Counted from the first letter of the whole stretch, positions 12,571-26,535 are shown. The stretch is 63,676 nt of DNA, filler included, from Octopus bimaculoides (GCF_001194135.2; 7 parts of 6 records of this genome joined end to end with filler, not necessarily neighbours in it), one strand, 5' to 3'. Numbers and translations are program-made. The notes: generated by a model from the sequence alone, not told the origin.

Positions 12571-15500
12571 CACATGTTTGTGTGTGCGTATTTTCCTTAT
12601 GATTTCAAAAACTGAGTTGCCGATTTTGACGTATGAGGTATCAAAAGATTCAGTAATTTTTTGCCTAACAAATAAACTTTATTTTTATTTACATATTTGT
12701 ATTACAAAAATTTAACATTATAATCTTTCTATAATTCAACTATTCTAAATGACATTTTATACCACGATGACGACATCACATTTTCTATATGAGTGTGTAC
12801 CTTAAAAGACATCTGTTTGTCTATGTTATGAGGATATACATAATAATAGAGAGAGGGAATATACATAGAAATATAAATACACACATATCCACCCACAGAT
12901 GTTTTTGTGTTTGACTGCTCTTGTGGTCGTTGCTCTCAATTGTATGAAAATTTGCCAAGAAAGTAAATAAATAAATAATAAAGATTAAACAGTAAAAGCT
13001 AAAACATAAAATAAAAGAGAAAAAAGAATCAAATTTGCTTGCTTAATATTTTCTCATCTGCAACTATTTTATATTTCTAGTGCTGAGCAATAAATAAATT
13101 TACTGAATGTTTATTATACAAAGGACTTCCTGATGTTCATTAATGAACTAATTTGCTGAGTAAATATAATTTTTTTATGTAACTGTTTAGTCCCAGTTTA
13201 CACCTGATCAAAGTGACACATGATCGAAAAGTATTCACGCTGTGGTCCTCCTACCTTATATGAAGGCATATTGTGTTTAGGACTAGAATAATCTTGTCAT
13301 TTTTATTTTGTTCTTGAGAGAGACTTGACTGCTATTTTTAGCATGTTGAGCAACCATGTAAGGGCTCCTTCATTGGCCTGTGTAATTATTTTTATTAAAT
13401 TTGTACATTAGCCACCTTTTGACATTCTCTACTTCCAACTTCTGCCAATACAAACTTATTAACATCTGGTCAGTTAATCTTAATTGTTTACTTCTGTTCT
13501 AAAATCAGTTGGTGGAATATGATAATGATATATGGTTTTGAATCATTAAGATGGTATGAAAGTATAGGGATTTTTATAAGAGCTTTGCAGTGGTATAATA
13601 ATGTGGTGGTGGTTTGGGTATGTGTTGATGGTATGAGAAGTATGAGAATGGTTTGGAGTGTTTTAATTTTAGAATTATTAGAGAGAATGCCATGTGATAT
13701 TTTTCTGGGTTTCTATGTTCTAAATTTAAATCCTTCCAAGATCAACTTTGCATTTCATCCTTCCAGGGTCAATAAAATAAAGAACCAATCATATATTAAG
13801 ATCAATGTAATTAATTCCTTCCTCCCAAATTTTGGGCCTTGTGCTTATATTAGAAACAATTTCTCTTGTATTATTAGTACAGAGGTATCTAAATCATTAG
13901 TGCATCATAGAAAATGCTTTGCAGCATTTATTCTGACTTTGTGTTCTGAATTCAAATCCTACCAAGGATTTCATTTTAGTCTAGCTCAGTGCCAGCACAT
14001 CCATCCTTCTCCTCACCATCACACTCTCTATCCCTCTCCTCTTTACCTCACTTGTACTACACCCACACATATTCCATGACCTTAGTACTCTGGTGAGATT
14101 TGGTGTTAACCTTCTCTTACCCCCTTGTCTTTTTCTTGGTGTCTTTTTAGGAATATGGATTTACTAGGAGGAGAAGATTCCCAGTCCCCTTGCCCCTGCC
14201 CCTTTTAGTTGCATCTTACACCATGCAGGGAATACGGTGACTACATTCTACTGATTCCCCCCAAAAAAAGTCTCGGGGGTTTGCTAGTTAACCCATAGCT
14301 GAGACCCTTACAGGTACTACCACTCTGAGCCTGAGTAGACCTAGGAACAATAGTGGCTAAGAGGTGATTCCACACTCCTCAAACCCTGAAACCAGGGCCC
14401 CAGGGTCCTACTACTGGATGTAGTTTATAGTCCTACCCAGGTCAAGATAGTAAAATGGGTAGTAGCATATTTGATGTAGTTTTAATCATTTAAAATTTCT
14501 TGGTTTATTACACTAAATATACTAGTTCCCACTTTACTTTTAAACTTCTAAGAGTATTTTTCTTTTGATCTTCTATTGAGTTACTGTTATGTTAGCCTAG
14601 CTGTGAAAAGATTATGGCTGTTGTCATGCATCACATGAATCCTGTTTGAGCAAACTTATGATAAAAGACATTCCAACCATGACTATCAATACATAGTCAT
14701 AGCTAGAATCTTAAAAGACAATATAGTGTGATTTGATTGCTATTTTTCCCCTAGTACTTGTACTTCTAAAAGCTCCTCAACAGAATTGATGAGTTTGTGA
14801 TTTTATTCCTAACTGAAAATTGTCTCCTTGGCAAAGACACTTTAATTCTAAGTCCATTTGTTCATCTTACTATAAATTGATAGCATGAAGTGGTACTATA
14901 AGAACATTGTACATTTCTGAAACTCCACTGTCCATTCTTCATTCAACCAATACATTAACCACCTGCTAGTTTAATAGTTCCTGACATTTCCTAAATATTC
15001 TCCATTAATTAAAGTCCTCTAACACTTTCTGAAAATGAATTCCGTCAAAAACAAGCAGCATTTAATTTCATGATACAGCATATTTACTGCTGTATCATGA
15101 GTACTTAAAGTGTGATGAACATTGTATTCAGATAAAGTTGAACATTGTTTTATATATATATACAGACAAAGGGCAGGGAACCGTCAATTAGTAATAAAAT
15201 TAATAATTAACAATTTTGCCAAGTAGTTCAGTATGAAAAAACCTTTATCGGTAAAACCATTTATAATCATAAATATACAGGGATTAGCTTGAGTTGCTTC
15301 TCCAACATACTGAAAATTTAGAAATAGCAGTCAAAGAACTACTGATTCCAAACTACAAATTTTTTTATCTAACGGATGGCGATATTTATGGCACACACAG
15401 AACAAAAAACAGAAGAGAAAAGCAAAAACAAACCTGCCTTTAGTTAATTGGATACGATGTTTCATGGTTAAGAGTATGAAGCTACTCTATTCCGACTNNN

Positions 15501-16654
15501 NNNNNNNNNNNNNNNNNNNNNNNNNNNNNNNNNNNNNNNNNNNNNNNNNNNNNNNNNNNNNNNNNNNNNNNNNNNNNNNNNNNNNNNNNNNNNNNNNNNN
15601 NNNNNNNNNNNNNNNNNNNNNNNNNNNNNNNNNNNNNNNNNNNNNNNNNNNNNNNNNNNNNNNNNNNNNNNNNNNNNNNNNNNNNNNNNNNNNNNNNNNN
15701 NNNNNNNNNNNNNNNNNNNNNNNNNNNNNNNNNNNNNNNNNNNNNNNNNNNNNNNNNNNNNNNNNNNNNNNNNNNNNNNNNNNNNNNNNNNNNNNNNNNN
15801 NNNNNTATATGATATATATATATATATGTCATTTTAATGATTGTATGTACTATGTTTATAAATAGTGCAGAAATGTCAACTAGAAATAGTGTTGAAGTGT
15901 ACTGATAGCATACTATAAATAAAACACTTTTGTTTTTATCAACATCAAGACCTTGTTATTAGTTTTAAAAAATATTATAATTTCATACAACTTTGTACCA
16001 AGCGATCAAAGTGGAAGGAACCTAGAGAAGAAGAAAATCAGGGTAAACATGGTAAGAAACGGTGAAGGCTGATTTCATCTGAGATGACCTGTCAAACCAA
16101 TGCAAGCATGGTTGAGAAAAAAAAACTTAAAATGATAACAGTGACAGATATATTGTATTTGAAAAGTAGACAGGATGGTCATGGCTGGAATACTGTTGAC
16201 CAAAGGGTTGCTTGATTAGGACTGTCTTGTGCTAAAAATAACAACAATTGTCTCAAGTGAAATATTTGTGATCTCTCTAAATTTAAGTTATAAATGTCAC
16301 TTGTAAACTCTTGTTCAAAGATTATATTCTTTAACATAGCTTAAACAACAGTAGTGTATTTAAGTTTTCTTTAACTCTGAAGACTTGAGTCTTTACAGCA
16401 TCTGTGTGTATCCCATCATGGATTATTGCTTCTTTTTCTATCTTGTCTCATCTAACCAAATTATTCCATATGAAATCTTTGATGAATGTCAAATTACAAT
16501 ATCCAATTAAAACTCTTTTCTCCTTTTAGCTATTACATCAATAGACATTTGTTCTTTAACTCAACCTGCAGTTTATCCCCATCATATCTCTCTTCCATCT
16601 CTAAACTCTCTTTTTAGCAATTTCTTCTTTCCTCACCTGCCCATCTCTTCTCAC

Positions 16655-16950
16655 CAAATCTAAGCTGGTGCTGCTGCTATACACAGACCTTGTAGATTGC
16701 ATCCAGAGAAAAGCTATTTTACAGATTAACAGACTCAAAAGGGCTTCAACCTCTCGCCCACAGATGTGCTGCTTTTTCTACTGTTACTGCTGTGGTCCCA
16801 GCTACTTGTACTTAGCTGAAGTTGTGCCATCTCTATTCAGGCACTCCCAATTCACTCATCTCCCTTCCTATCATCATCTGAATTGTGTCTACTTTCCTAA
16901 GACTGACACTAATCACTATTACCAATCCATCATTCTACGTTAATGGCATC
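16655..16950 (+). mobile_element. Decayed LINE (CR1/L2/Jockey-like) ORF2 C-terminus in a ZNF704-like intron
   Basis: Frameshifted ..DCIQRKAI....LQPLAHR....LAEVVP....TNHYYQS, matching the common LQPLAHRR...RTNHYxxSF LINE tail region. Confidence 0.6.
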
Positions 16951-17923
16951 AGTTTCATTTATTTTAGAAAATCTGCAAAGTCCACAGGTAGATCTCGTTC
17001 TTCAGATCAACCAATAAAAAGTAGAAAAATCAGAATTAGCTTGCTGAAGTGATATTATCATATTTAATGCAGGGAACATCAGAAAGGAAAATTAAAAATA
17101 TTTATATGGTGAAGGGAAAATACAATATTAGTAATTGATCATTATTTTGAACTTTCAACCAGTACAGGAGATAACTCTGATCATATTTCAGTCTAATGAG
17201 AGCTCATCAGTAAAGCATAGACATCACCAACTTAGTTAACCTTAGCCAACACCTTCAGTTCAAAAAGGATGTATCAGATCATGAACTCTGCTGCACTTGC
17301 TTCTAACTCCAACAAATCAAACTACCAGACTAAGCTGTGGCATATATTTATATAAATTAAAACAATGTTATGACAATTATGGCTAGCCTTAATAGTATCA
17401 CACATTGTAGCATTGTTACTCCATCTTTGACTGACAGGTTTCTTATTTTCATATTTTCCTTCATTCATTTCTTCTTGTTTTACATTTTCATTCATTTATG
17501 GGGAAGGTATCCAGCTGTAAAATCTTCATACACTAGTTACCACTGATTGAGCAAACTTATTTCAGTTATGCAAATTCATATCACAAACTGAAATAATGAT
17601 TTATAATAACAATAAAAACAATGAAATAGATGATGATGATGATCAAAGATAACCATCAAATATTCTAATCATTATCTCAATTATCTTAATGAAGACTATA
17701 TTTTGTTATTAATCATTAACCCAATTGTACTGCTTATTTAACAGACCAGCCATATTTAATGCTCACTACATTACATGCTGATGATAGTGTTCAAGCCATT
17801 TCATTTCAATCAGTTATTTTAATTTTTGGAAAAAGTAAAAATGAAATTCTTCCGACACCTAAGTGAAAGAAACTTTTACGTGTGTGTGTGTATTTATATA
17901 CACACGTGTGTGTATGTATATGA

Positions 17924-17988
<65 letters not shown>

Positions 17989-18033
17989 TAAATATACATA
18001 TATACACACACACACACACTCACATATATATAT

Positions 18034-18077
<44 letters not shown>

Positions 18078-18308
18078 ACACACACACACACACACACATA
18101 TTTGCACAGGATGACATGCAAATTCATGAAGAGTTCCATATTTTTTAATGGCTGCAGGAGTGGCTGTGTGGTAAGTAGCTTGCTTACCAACCACATGGTT
18201 GCCAAAATGTATTGCACATCTATGACTTGAATCCTGATGCAACACCACTACATCTCACTCTCTATTTCGCTCTATCTTTCATATATACATATGTTATTTT
18301 TTTTGCAG

Positions 18309-18630
18309 AAGAGAGGATTCAGAACTGGATGGAGAAGAAGAATTCTACTATACAGAAATTGAAGTTACAGATGACGGTAGTAGTGGTAATAGTGGTCACA
18401 CAGATAATGTCATTGAATATGTTGACCCATTAGTTCCTACTGCTACTGGTAGTACTTCTCTATCTTCGACCAAAGCCTTCTCATCAAGTAGTGCATCCAC
18501 AACCACAACCACACCAGCTAACATCCCTGTGGTGACTAACACACCCATTGCAATAAATCTACCAACTTCCAAGAATGTGGTTTCATCAAAAGGGGTGTTT
18601 GGGATTCCAGATCATGACTATCAAAAGAAG
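18309..18630 (+). CDS. ZNF704-like: ZNF704/ZNF395/SLC2A4RG-family C-clamp transcription factor, internal exon (REDSELDGEEEFYYTEIEVTDD...GIPDHDYQKK)
   Basis: Acceptor ttttttgcag ends at 18308 and donor gtaaga starts at 18631. The open frame of 1 nt + 107 codons contains the family motif DGEEEFYYTEIE and a DHDY motif. The end is phase 0, matching the next exon. Confidence 0.9.
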
Positions 18631-20043
18631 GTAAGATCAAGTCAAGATTAGTTAAAGCTACATTTTTTCAGGTACAAGTTTTGTTTGAGTATTTTTTCTA
18701 TATATATGTGTCATTTTTATTATTCTAGGGGATGACACAAAAAAGCTATGTCCTTTCACTTAAAATAAAGTACTGAAAGATAAGTCTGAGAGTGAATAAA
18801 ATAATATATTTTTTATTTTATCATTGTTATTACATCACAGAATACTTATTTTTGATTGAAGATTCTCACTGATGTTTCATCTTAGTTGTCTTATCTTTTA
18901 AACCTTCTGTGGGCAATAGACTTAGTACTTGTCAAGTCCTACATAAACTCTGGTTGAACTGAACTATAATTAAAGGTATTAAAACCAATATCCTGCCTTT
19001 TTTGTACTATGTAGGACTCCATTGAATATTACTTTTCCTTATTTAAGATAATACATTTGGATTTGAAGACGATTTTGCTGCTATTTGTATGAGACTGAGT
19101 AACAACAAATAAGCTCCCTTGTTGGCGCTACCTCCCTCAGAGATGGTCAACATGTCTGCACATACCTATGATGCAGAATCCGTCTATTAAATACTTAGAA
19201 ACAACCAATAATCTTGCACATGTTGTGTGCTCCTATTCCAGTCTCGTTTGGGATTATGCAACAGATTCTGCTACATTCTGCAAGCAATGGTTTGTTGTAT
19301 AGCAGCAGAGGTGCTCTAGTTTCATTACTGCTCTCATTTGCCATCCAGTTTCTTCTTTTATACATTAAGACAGTGTAGTAATTAATTTCATAACTTATTG
19401 GGTCATTGAGATATTTTGTAGACCCAGTCTTTTGTGTGTCTTTTCTGGACACACAAAATGAATTGAATTCATATTGTCAGCTGACAAAAACTTGATCAAT
19501 CTTCATTAATTCTGTTGTTTACAGCAGTGAACTATATCAAATAGATACAGCTAAGTATCTTGGCCTTGGAACCAATGTGGATGGACAGGCAGGAAAAGTG
19601 TTAACATGTAACATGATTATAAGTAACCTCAAGTAGACACTATAGAGTGATATTTAAGCTGGACATCAACTGCTTTGATCTCAGCATGTAGTGTCTATAG
19701 TCTCTGAAATGATTATAGGCACTACATTTCTTTTGCTTAACTTATTAAAAAAATCCATTCATATACTGTAGCAGAACTAAAGCTGTAGTTTGAACTGAAT
19801 TGATGTTTACAAAGATTCCCAGTTTATATATACATTATATACATTACAAATAATCCTGGCAAAGACATGAAATATTTATACCCTTCATTTTACTGCACAT
19901 CAGTTTTTTCTATCTGTATTATAGCTGATTATATAATATTTGGAAGGTCATCCCTTCATATGACAAATGCCACTAATCTCTTACAATTCCAATTGCTTTT
20001 ATTTTTGCTGTTGTTATTATTGTTGATTTTGTATTTAATTCAG

Positions 20044-20205
20044 GAACACCAATACTTGAGCCAATCTCTTGATTCTTCTGTAAGTGGTTCAGGCAATTAT
20101 TTAAAAGAAGGTCCATCAACCCCAATACCCATCAATATGCCACAGATCAAGAAGTCGCTTTCCTGGCAAAACCGTGTCAACATGACAACGTCTCCTGGAC
20201 AGTCT
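20044..20205 (+). CDS. ZNF704-like: ZNF704-like, penultimate exon (EHQYLSQSLD...IKKSLSWQNRVNMTTSPGQS)
   Basis: Acceptor ttaattcag, donor gtacgt at 20206, 54 codons, phase 0 at both ends. It lies within ORF 19867..20223 and is in frame with both flanking exons. Confidence 0.85.
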
Positions 20206-21005
20206 GTACGTAAAATGTTTTAGAAATTTTACTTTATTTTGTAATTTATCAAATTATTTTAAATGTTAAAAAGGAAGTACAATACTCCTGAGAACATTCT
20301 CTGGTTCTGAGCAGGAAAAAAAGCTTTATATATATAAAAAATATCCATGTTTATATTTTCAATATGAATATTGTGTCCTCCAGCATGGCCTTAACCCAAT
20401 GACTCAAGCTAGTAAAAACAGACAGTATTGTTAGATTAGTTTGCTTTTTATTATTTTACAGCTAATATAACTAATCAAATTGATGTAGACGCCTCTGATG
20501 AGAATCCAGTAAGATTAAAAAATCCATTAAGGTTGCTTATATTTTTAAGGCGGTGCTCCAGCATGGCTGTGGTCATATGACTGAAACAAATAAAAGAATA
20601 AAAGAATAATCACAACTAATTCACACTTGATTGGTTATTTAGCTGTAAGCAGGCATTTTCATTTGATCAGTTCCATGCAGATCACTCATAAACTGATTAC
20701 ATGTGAGTGTAGGACTTTTGAAATGTGCTCTCCGATCTGTCTGCAAACATTATGCTAGAGTCACATACATGCATATAATACATAAGCTTGTGTGTGTATA
20801 TACATGCATATATATATATATATATATATGTATGTATATATATATATATATGTATATTCATGCATGCATACATATACATACATACATACATACTCAAGCT
20901 TTCCTGAAAAAAGGAGATATAAAGAAAACATCAGCATTGTGTAGCCTGAACATTCTGTGTATATATGTAAACACTATCTCATTTTGTTTTGTTTGTTACT
21001 TGTAG

Positions 21006-21236
21006 GCATCTGCTCCAATTCGTATGAGCAAACCAAGTCCACAGGAGAGATTGCATCAGCATCAAAGTCAGTCACCAAAATGTCATATGCTAACATCACC
21101 ACAGAAATGTACAGTGACACATAAGAAATCTCGTAGTGAAGTGCGCAAGTGTCGCAAGGTTTACGGTATGGAAAACAGAGACATGTGGTGCACTCAGTGT
21201 AAATGGAAAAAAGCATGTTCGCGCTTTGTGGACTAA
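21006..21236 (+). CDS. ZNF704-like: ZNF704-like, terminal exon with C-clamp domain ([37 protein letters not shown])
   Basis: Acceptor ttacttgtag. The basic-KCRKVYG-x6[11 protein letters not shown] pattern is the C-clamp (CRARF/CR3) at the extreme C-terminus, as in ZNF395/ZNF704/SLC2A4RG. Stop TAA at 21234-21236. Confidence 0.95.
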   Translation, partial: ASAPIRMSKPSPQERLHQHQSQSPKCHMLTSPQKCTVTHKKSRSEVRKCRKVYGMENRDMWCTQCKWKKACSRFVD

Positions 21237-21564
21237 TTACAAGCAAATACAAACCAGAAAATTCCCCCATTCCCCATTTGATTTTGGGTTGTTCTTTTTG
21301 TCTCTTTTTTTACATTCTTTTCACATATTCTATTTTCATCTGAGTTNNNNNNNNNNNNNNNNNNNNNNNNNNNNNNNNNNNNNNNNNNNNTTAATTAATT
21401 AANNNNNNNNNNNNNNNNNNNNNNNNNNNNNNNNNNNNNNNNNNNNGTACAACGAACACACAAAAAACTCGCCAAGGAAAGCGAAGATGCCACACTGCTG
21501 GACAACAATTTACTAAGAAATAAATAGAAGCAATAAATTGCTGCCCAGCTGAGCAACAAAAACG

Positions 21565-21682
21565 ACTTACCCCGGCAAATTCTTCAATTTTTTCTTCTAT
21601 AGACAGAGCCGAAACTCATGTCTATCTTTGTTCACAGCAAGTAGCCAATCTGGCGCACATGTGCAGTGAGCAAACCGGAAGT
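21565..21682 (-). promoter_or_regulatory. Candidate CpG-retaining promoter/first exon
   Basis: ETS-type ACCGGAAGT (21674-82), NRF1-like GCGCACATGTGCA and CCAAT motifs, plus a consensus GG|GTAAGT donor on the minus strand at 21570. Confidence 0.35.
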
Positions 21683-21783
21683 AAGCAAGCTACTTACCAC
21701 ACAGCCACTCCTGTGCCTATGCACACAGCCACTCCTGTGCCAATATATATATATATATATATTTATTTATTATATATATAGAT

Positions 21784-21853
<70 letters not shown>

Positions 21854-22120
21854 GGCTTCTTTAAGGCAGTTCTATCTTCAATGTGCAAACTTGCACACAT
21901 GAGCACATTCACCACAATCTTTGTAAGAACACAGACTATTTGAGAACTTTGTAATTGTTTGCATTTGTGCAAATATATTTTTGACAAATATTTCAGCATT
22001 TCTTTAATCACAGGGCTGCTGTATATCATTGACATGATCAAATTTGAATATTCAAGAATTTCTGTTTCTGTTCGCATTTAATTTTCTTTGTCTGTGAAAT
22101 TAGGATTAAGCTAGTATTTA

Positions 22121-22420
22121 TAAAGACAGTTTAAGTTTTAAATAGTCTTTCTAAATTTTAAATGTCATCAGGTAAAATTAAGTGAAATGTTAATTGAGAT
22201 ACAAAGATCAAACCACAGAATAGCTAAAAATTCTGCACCATATATCCAAACTTTATTTCTTTAGAATTCTAAAGACAGTTTCAGCTTTAAATAGTCTTTC
22301 CAAATTTTAAATGTCATCAGGTGAAATTAAGTTAAATGTTAATTGAGTAACAAAAATCAAAACCACAGTAGAGAATAGCTGAAAATTCTGCATATTTCCC
22401 AAACATCACTTTTCATAGAA
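22121..22420. repeat. Tandem duplication of ~150 bp
   Basis: taaagacagttt...attctgca occurs at 22121 and again at 22271 with moderate divergence. Confidence 0.9.
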
Positions 22421-22786
22421 TTATCATAAAAAGAAAAATTGATTGATGTAAACTGAAAGTTCTAATATTTATTCTCTGAAATAATTCTGCAGCTTTAAGA
22501 TTTCAGGTTGAATGTTGAAATGTACATTCTAGCTCCTAGATGTCTGTTATTTATTTCTTAGAGGGCAACAAGAAAAAAAAAAAAATGACTATCTATTGAT
22601 GTTGAATGGCCTATTGTGTATCACACATCAAATATGGACAGTCTATAATCAGAACCAGTGTTCCAATAGCAGGACATGTTAAAACAAGAAGTTGAGACAA
22701 TGTTCATAGCCTTTGCAGATTTTCCCCACAATGTAAGATGATGCATCAATTATAAATTTACATAAATAAACTCACATGTGTGTGTA

Positions 22787-22854
<68 letters not shown>

Positions 22855-24039
22855 TATATATATATACATATATATACTCACATGCACATACATATAATTA
22901 CTTTTTTTAAAATGTAAACATCCACAAAACATAAACGTAAATGGAGTGCTCAGTAAGACTAGTTTGAGAGTGACGTAATTTAATATTATTTATTTAATAA
23001 TAGATAATAAATATTTTATTTCAATATATTTATATCTCAAATTGCCACTTCTTCATTCAGTTAGTCTGAATATGTTAAATTATACATATTATGTGCATGT
23101 GCATGCACATACACACATGCATATATACATACATCCCTACATATATTTATTATACACATACAGGCACAATCACAAATCCAGTATGTTTCTCACAATATAT
23201 GCCTTATCAAATTTCACCCAAAGAAGACACCTGTCTAAAGTGCCTCAAGGTTAGACTGAACCCAGAACAATGAGTTTTTAAAGCAAACTTCTTATCCGAA
23301 GCCTGAATACTTTAGCTGTAAAGATGGTATAAATATTACATTTAGCAATGAATCCTAACATTACCTCAACTGAATTTTTTTTCCTGATGCTGAATAATCT
23401 TTACAGGTAATGAACTTTTACACCTGTTAAGTTTGTCTTGTGTTGTTTCTATTGTGTAATTTCATTAAAGAAAAGCCTCACTCTCAAGTGTTAAATATGT
23501 TGTGAGCTCAAATGGAACCAGCCTTGAATGTCTTAAATAGTGACAGCAAATCTTAACTCAAGTGAGTAGTTTGATGTCAGAATAAAGAAATGAAGTTTAT
23601 GATGAATCACATGCTTTGATTTTTAATGGGGAATTGAAAATCTAAATTGTATGGAAGGAGGCTAATCCTCAGCGTGATGCTGCAATTAGATGAAACTAAT
23701 GTCATCTGTGAGTACCAAGTTTGTTGTGGCTTAACATTACTCCAAACTGTGCCTATACAACTTTACTTTAAGTTGTTACTGAGAACTTAATGAAAATACA
23801 TATCTTGACTGTATACAATAAATGTGTTTTGGTTAAAAAGCATCTAATAACAGGTGTAAAAATCAATGCAGAGTGACTTAGTAAATTGGAAATTATTGCA
23901 CTAATTCTTTTGTGTCATTATCATACGAAATTATTGTATACACACATCACAGTCATTCATTAATATAATGCTGAGTTTGGATATCAATGCTACAGATTAT
24001 TATTGTATATGTACATCATTGCTACATAATGTTCTATAT

Positions 24040-24435
24040 ATAGGCGCAGGAGTGGCTGTGTAGTAAGTAGCTTGCTTACCAACCACATGGTTCCGGGTTC
24101 AGTCCTACTGCGTGGTACCTTGGGCAAGTGTTTTTACTATAGCCTTGGGCCAACCAAAGCCTTGTGAGTGGGTTTGGTAGACAGAAACTGAAACAAGCCT
24201 GTCGTATATATGTATATATATGTTTGGATGTCTGTATTTGCTCCCCCACCAGTATTGCTTGACAACCTATGTTGGTGCGTTTACGTCCCCATAACCTAGC
24301 AGTTCGGCAAAAGAGACCGATAGACTAAATACTAGGCTTACAAAGAATAAGTCTTGGGGTTAATTTGTTCTACTAAAGACAGTGTTCCAGCATGGGCACA
24401 GTCAAATGACTGAAACAAATAAAAGAATAAAAGAA
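24040..24435 (+). mobile_element. Full-length tRNA-derived CORE-type SINE (OR2-like)
   Basis: AGGCGCAGGAGTGGCTGTG head, GGTTCAGTCC B-box, CCTTGGGCAAGTG CORE motif and (GAATAAAA) tail. Other copies: ~9400-9700, 10080-10730, 32750-33115 -, 40950-41300, 60620-61050. Confidence 0.8.
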
Positions 24436-25588
24436 TATATATATATATACATGCACACACATATTATCGTATAATTATTATTATTATTATTATACAATAA
24501 TAATTCTTTCTACTATATGAGCAAGATCTGAAATTACTGGGAAGAAGTAGTCAATTATATTGACCTCCAATGCTGGTACTTATTTTATCAACCCTGAAAG
24601 AATGAAAGGCAAAGTCAACCTCAGCAGCATTGAACTCAATATAAAAAGCTGGAAGAAATGCTGAGAAGCAGTTTCTCCAGTATGCTAACGTTTTTTTATT
24701 TCTTTACTGCTCACAAATGCCTACACACAGAGGGGACAAACAAATGGATTAAGTCGATTATATCGATCCCAGTGCGTAACTGGTACTTATTTAATTGACC
24801 CCGAAAGGATGAAAGGCAAAGTCGACCTCGGCAGAATTTGAACTCAGACGAAATACTGCTAAGCATTTCACCCGTCAACAAAATTGTATGCACATATTGA
24901 TGCTATGCAGCACAATCATCACATTTTATATATATATAAAAGCAAAGTGAGATCACAGCCATGGCCAATGCCAGTGTTACATAACTGGCCAAGTATCTTT
25001 GTCTATAGCCCTGGGATAACAAAATCGTTGTGAATGGATTTGGTAGTCGGAAACTGACAGAAGCTCATCATATATGCATATTGATGTATGTGTGTGTGTG
25101 CACGCGCACGCATATGTATGTATGTGTCTGTGTGTATGTATTTGCATGTGCATGTGTCTTTGTATTTGTTAAATCTTCCCTATGAATAAATCATCAATTG
25201 GCTTAGTTCCTTTGAAGACATGTAGAATAAGTGACCCCTTATTTGAAAAATGGAGTTAGTGACAGGAAGGTAAAATAAGGCTCCAATAACATACTTGTCT
25301 AAGTCATACTAGTATGGCAAAATGAATATAATAATGAATGATATATATATGTAAACATGTGAATTAGGAACCAGTGGTGAGTGAAATTTTGTAAATAGAA
25401 TTATAAGACTTCACCATATATTGACTATAGAAAATAATCTAATATTAAGGCATAGAAACCCCAATAATGGAAAACATAAACATTCACATATTAATGCTCT
25501 TTTATTTTTTATTGCAGAGTTTTCATGCCCTAATATTTTTCTTTAGTCAATATATGATGAAAGCTTATAATTCTATTTACATATATCT

Positions 25589-26535
25589 CATCATCATCAT
25601 TTAACATCATTTAATGTCTGCTTTCCATGCTGGCATGGGTTGGACAGTTTGATTGAAAACTGGTAAGCGGGGGTGGGGGCTACACTAGGTTCCAATCTGA
25701 TCTGACAAGGTTTCTACAACTGGATGCCCTTCCTAGCATCAACCACTGTAACGGATGCTTTTCACATGCCATTGACCTGACGCCAGCATCGGCTACAACT
25801 ATGGTTTCACTTGACTTGACAGGTCAACACAAGCACAGTATTTTCGCCAAGGGTCTTGGTCACCTGTCACTGCCTCAAATAGTCAAACACTCAAATAGTG
25901 CTTTTTACATGCCACCGGCATGGATTCCAGTCAGGCAGCACTGGCATCAGCCATAACGATGGTTTCACCCAGTTCAACAGGTCTTTACAAGCACAGCATA
26001 TCACCTAATGATTGAAGGGTGCTTTTAATGGGCCAGTTACATGACTCTGGCATCGCCCACGACTATGATCTCACTCGGCTTGATGTCACTGCCTCCATGA
26101 GGCCCAATGCATGAACAGTGCTTTTTATGTGCCACTGGCATGGATGCAAGTCAGACAGCACTGGCATTAACTATGACTATGATTTCACATGGTTTGACAG
26201 GTCTTCACAAGCGCAGCATATTGCCCAACGATTAAAGGGTGCTTTTAATGGGCCAGTTAAATAACACTGGCATCGGCCATGACTACAATCTCACTTGGCT
26301 TGACAGGTCTTTTCAAGCACAGCATATCTCCAATGGTTCCTTGTCATTGCCTCTGTGAGGCCCAACATTCAAAGATTGTGCTTCACCACCTCATCCCATG
26401 TCTTCCTGGGTCTACCTCTTCCACAGGTTCCCTCCACCATTAGAGTATGACACTTCTTAACACAGTTTTTCTCATCCATACGCATCATATGACCATACCA
26501 ATGCAGTCATCTCTCTTGCACATCACATCTGATGC
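25589..26535 (-). mobile_element. RTE-clade LINE 3' end (ORF C-terminus, repeat-containing 3' UTR, (GAT)n tail)
   Basis: The minus strand encodes GRPRKTWDEVVK, followed by the GGAAGGGCATCCAG motif and a ...CATTAAATGATG tail. Confidence 0.85.

Noticed and set aside
12897-12962. Candidate for the missing C2H2 exon of the ZNF704-like gene
   Set aside because: No frame gives a C-x4-C...H-x4-H finger, and the donor is weak.
13519-14079. 186-aa ORF
   Set aside because: It runs across two SINE fragments and low-complexity sequence, with no recognisable domain.
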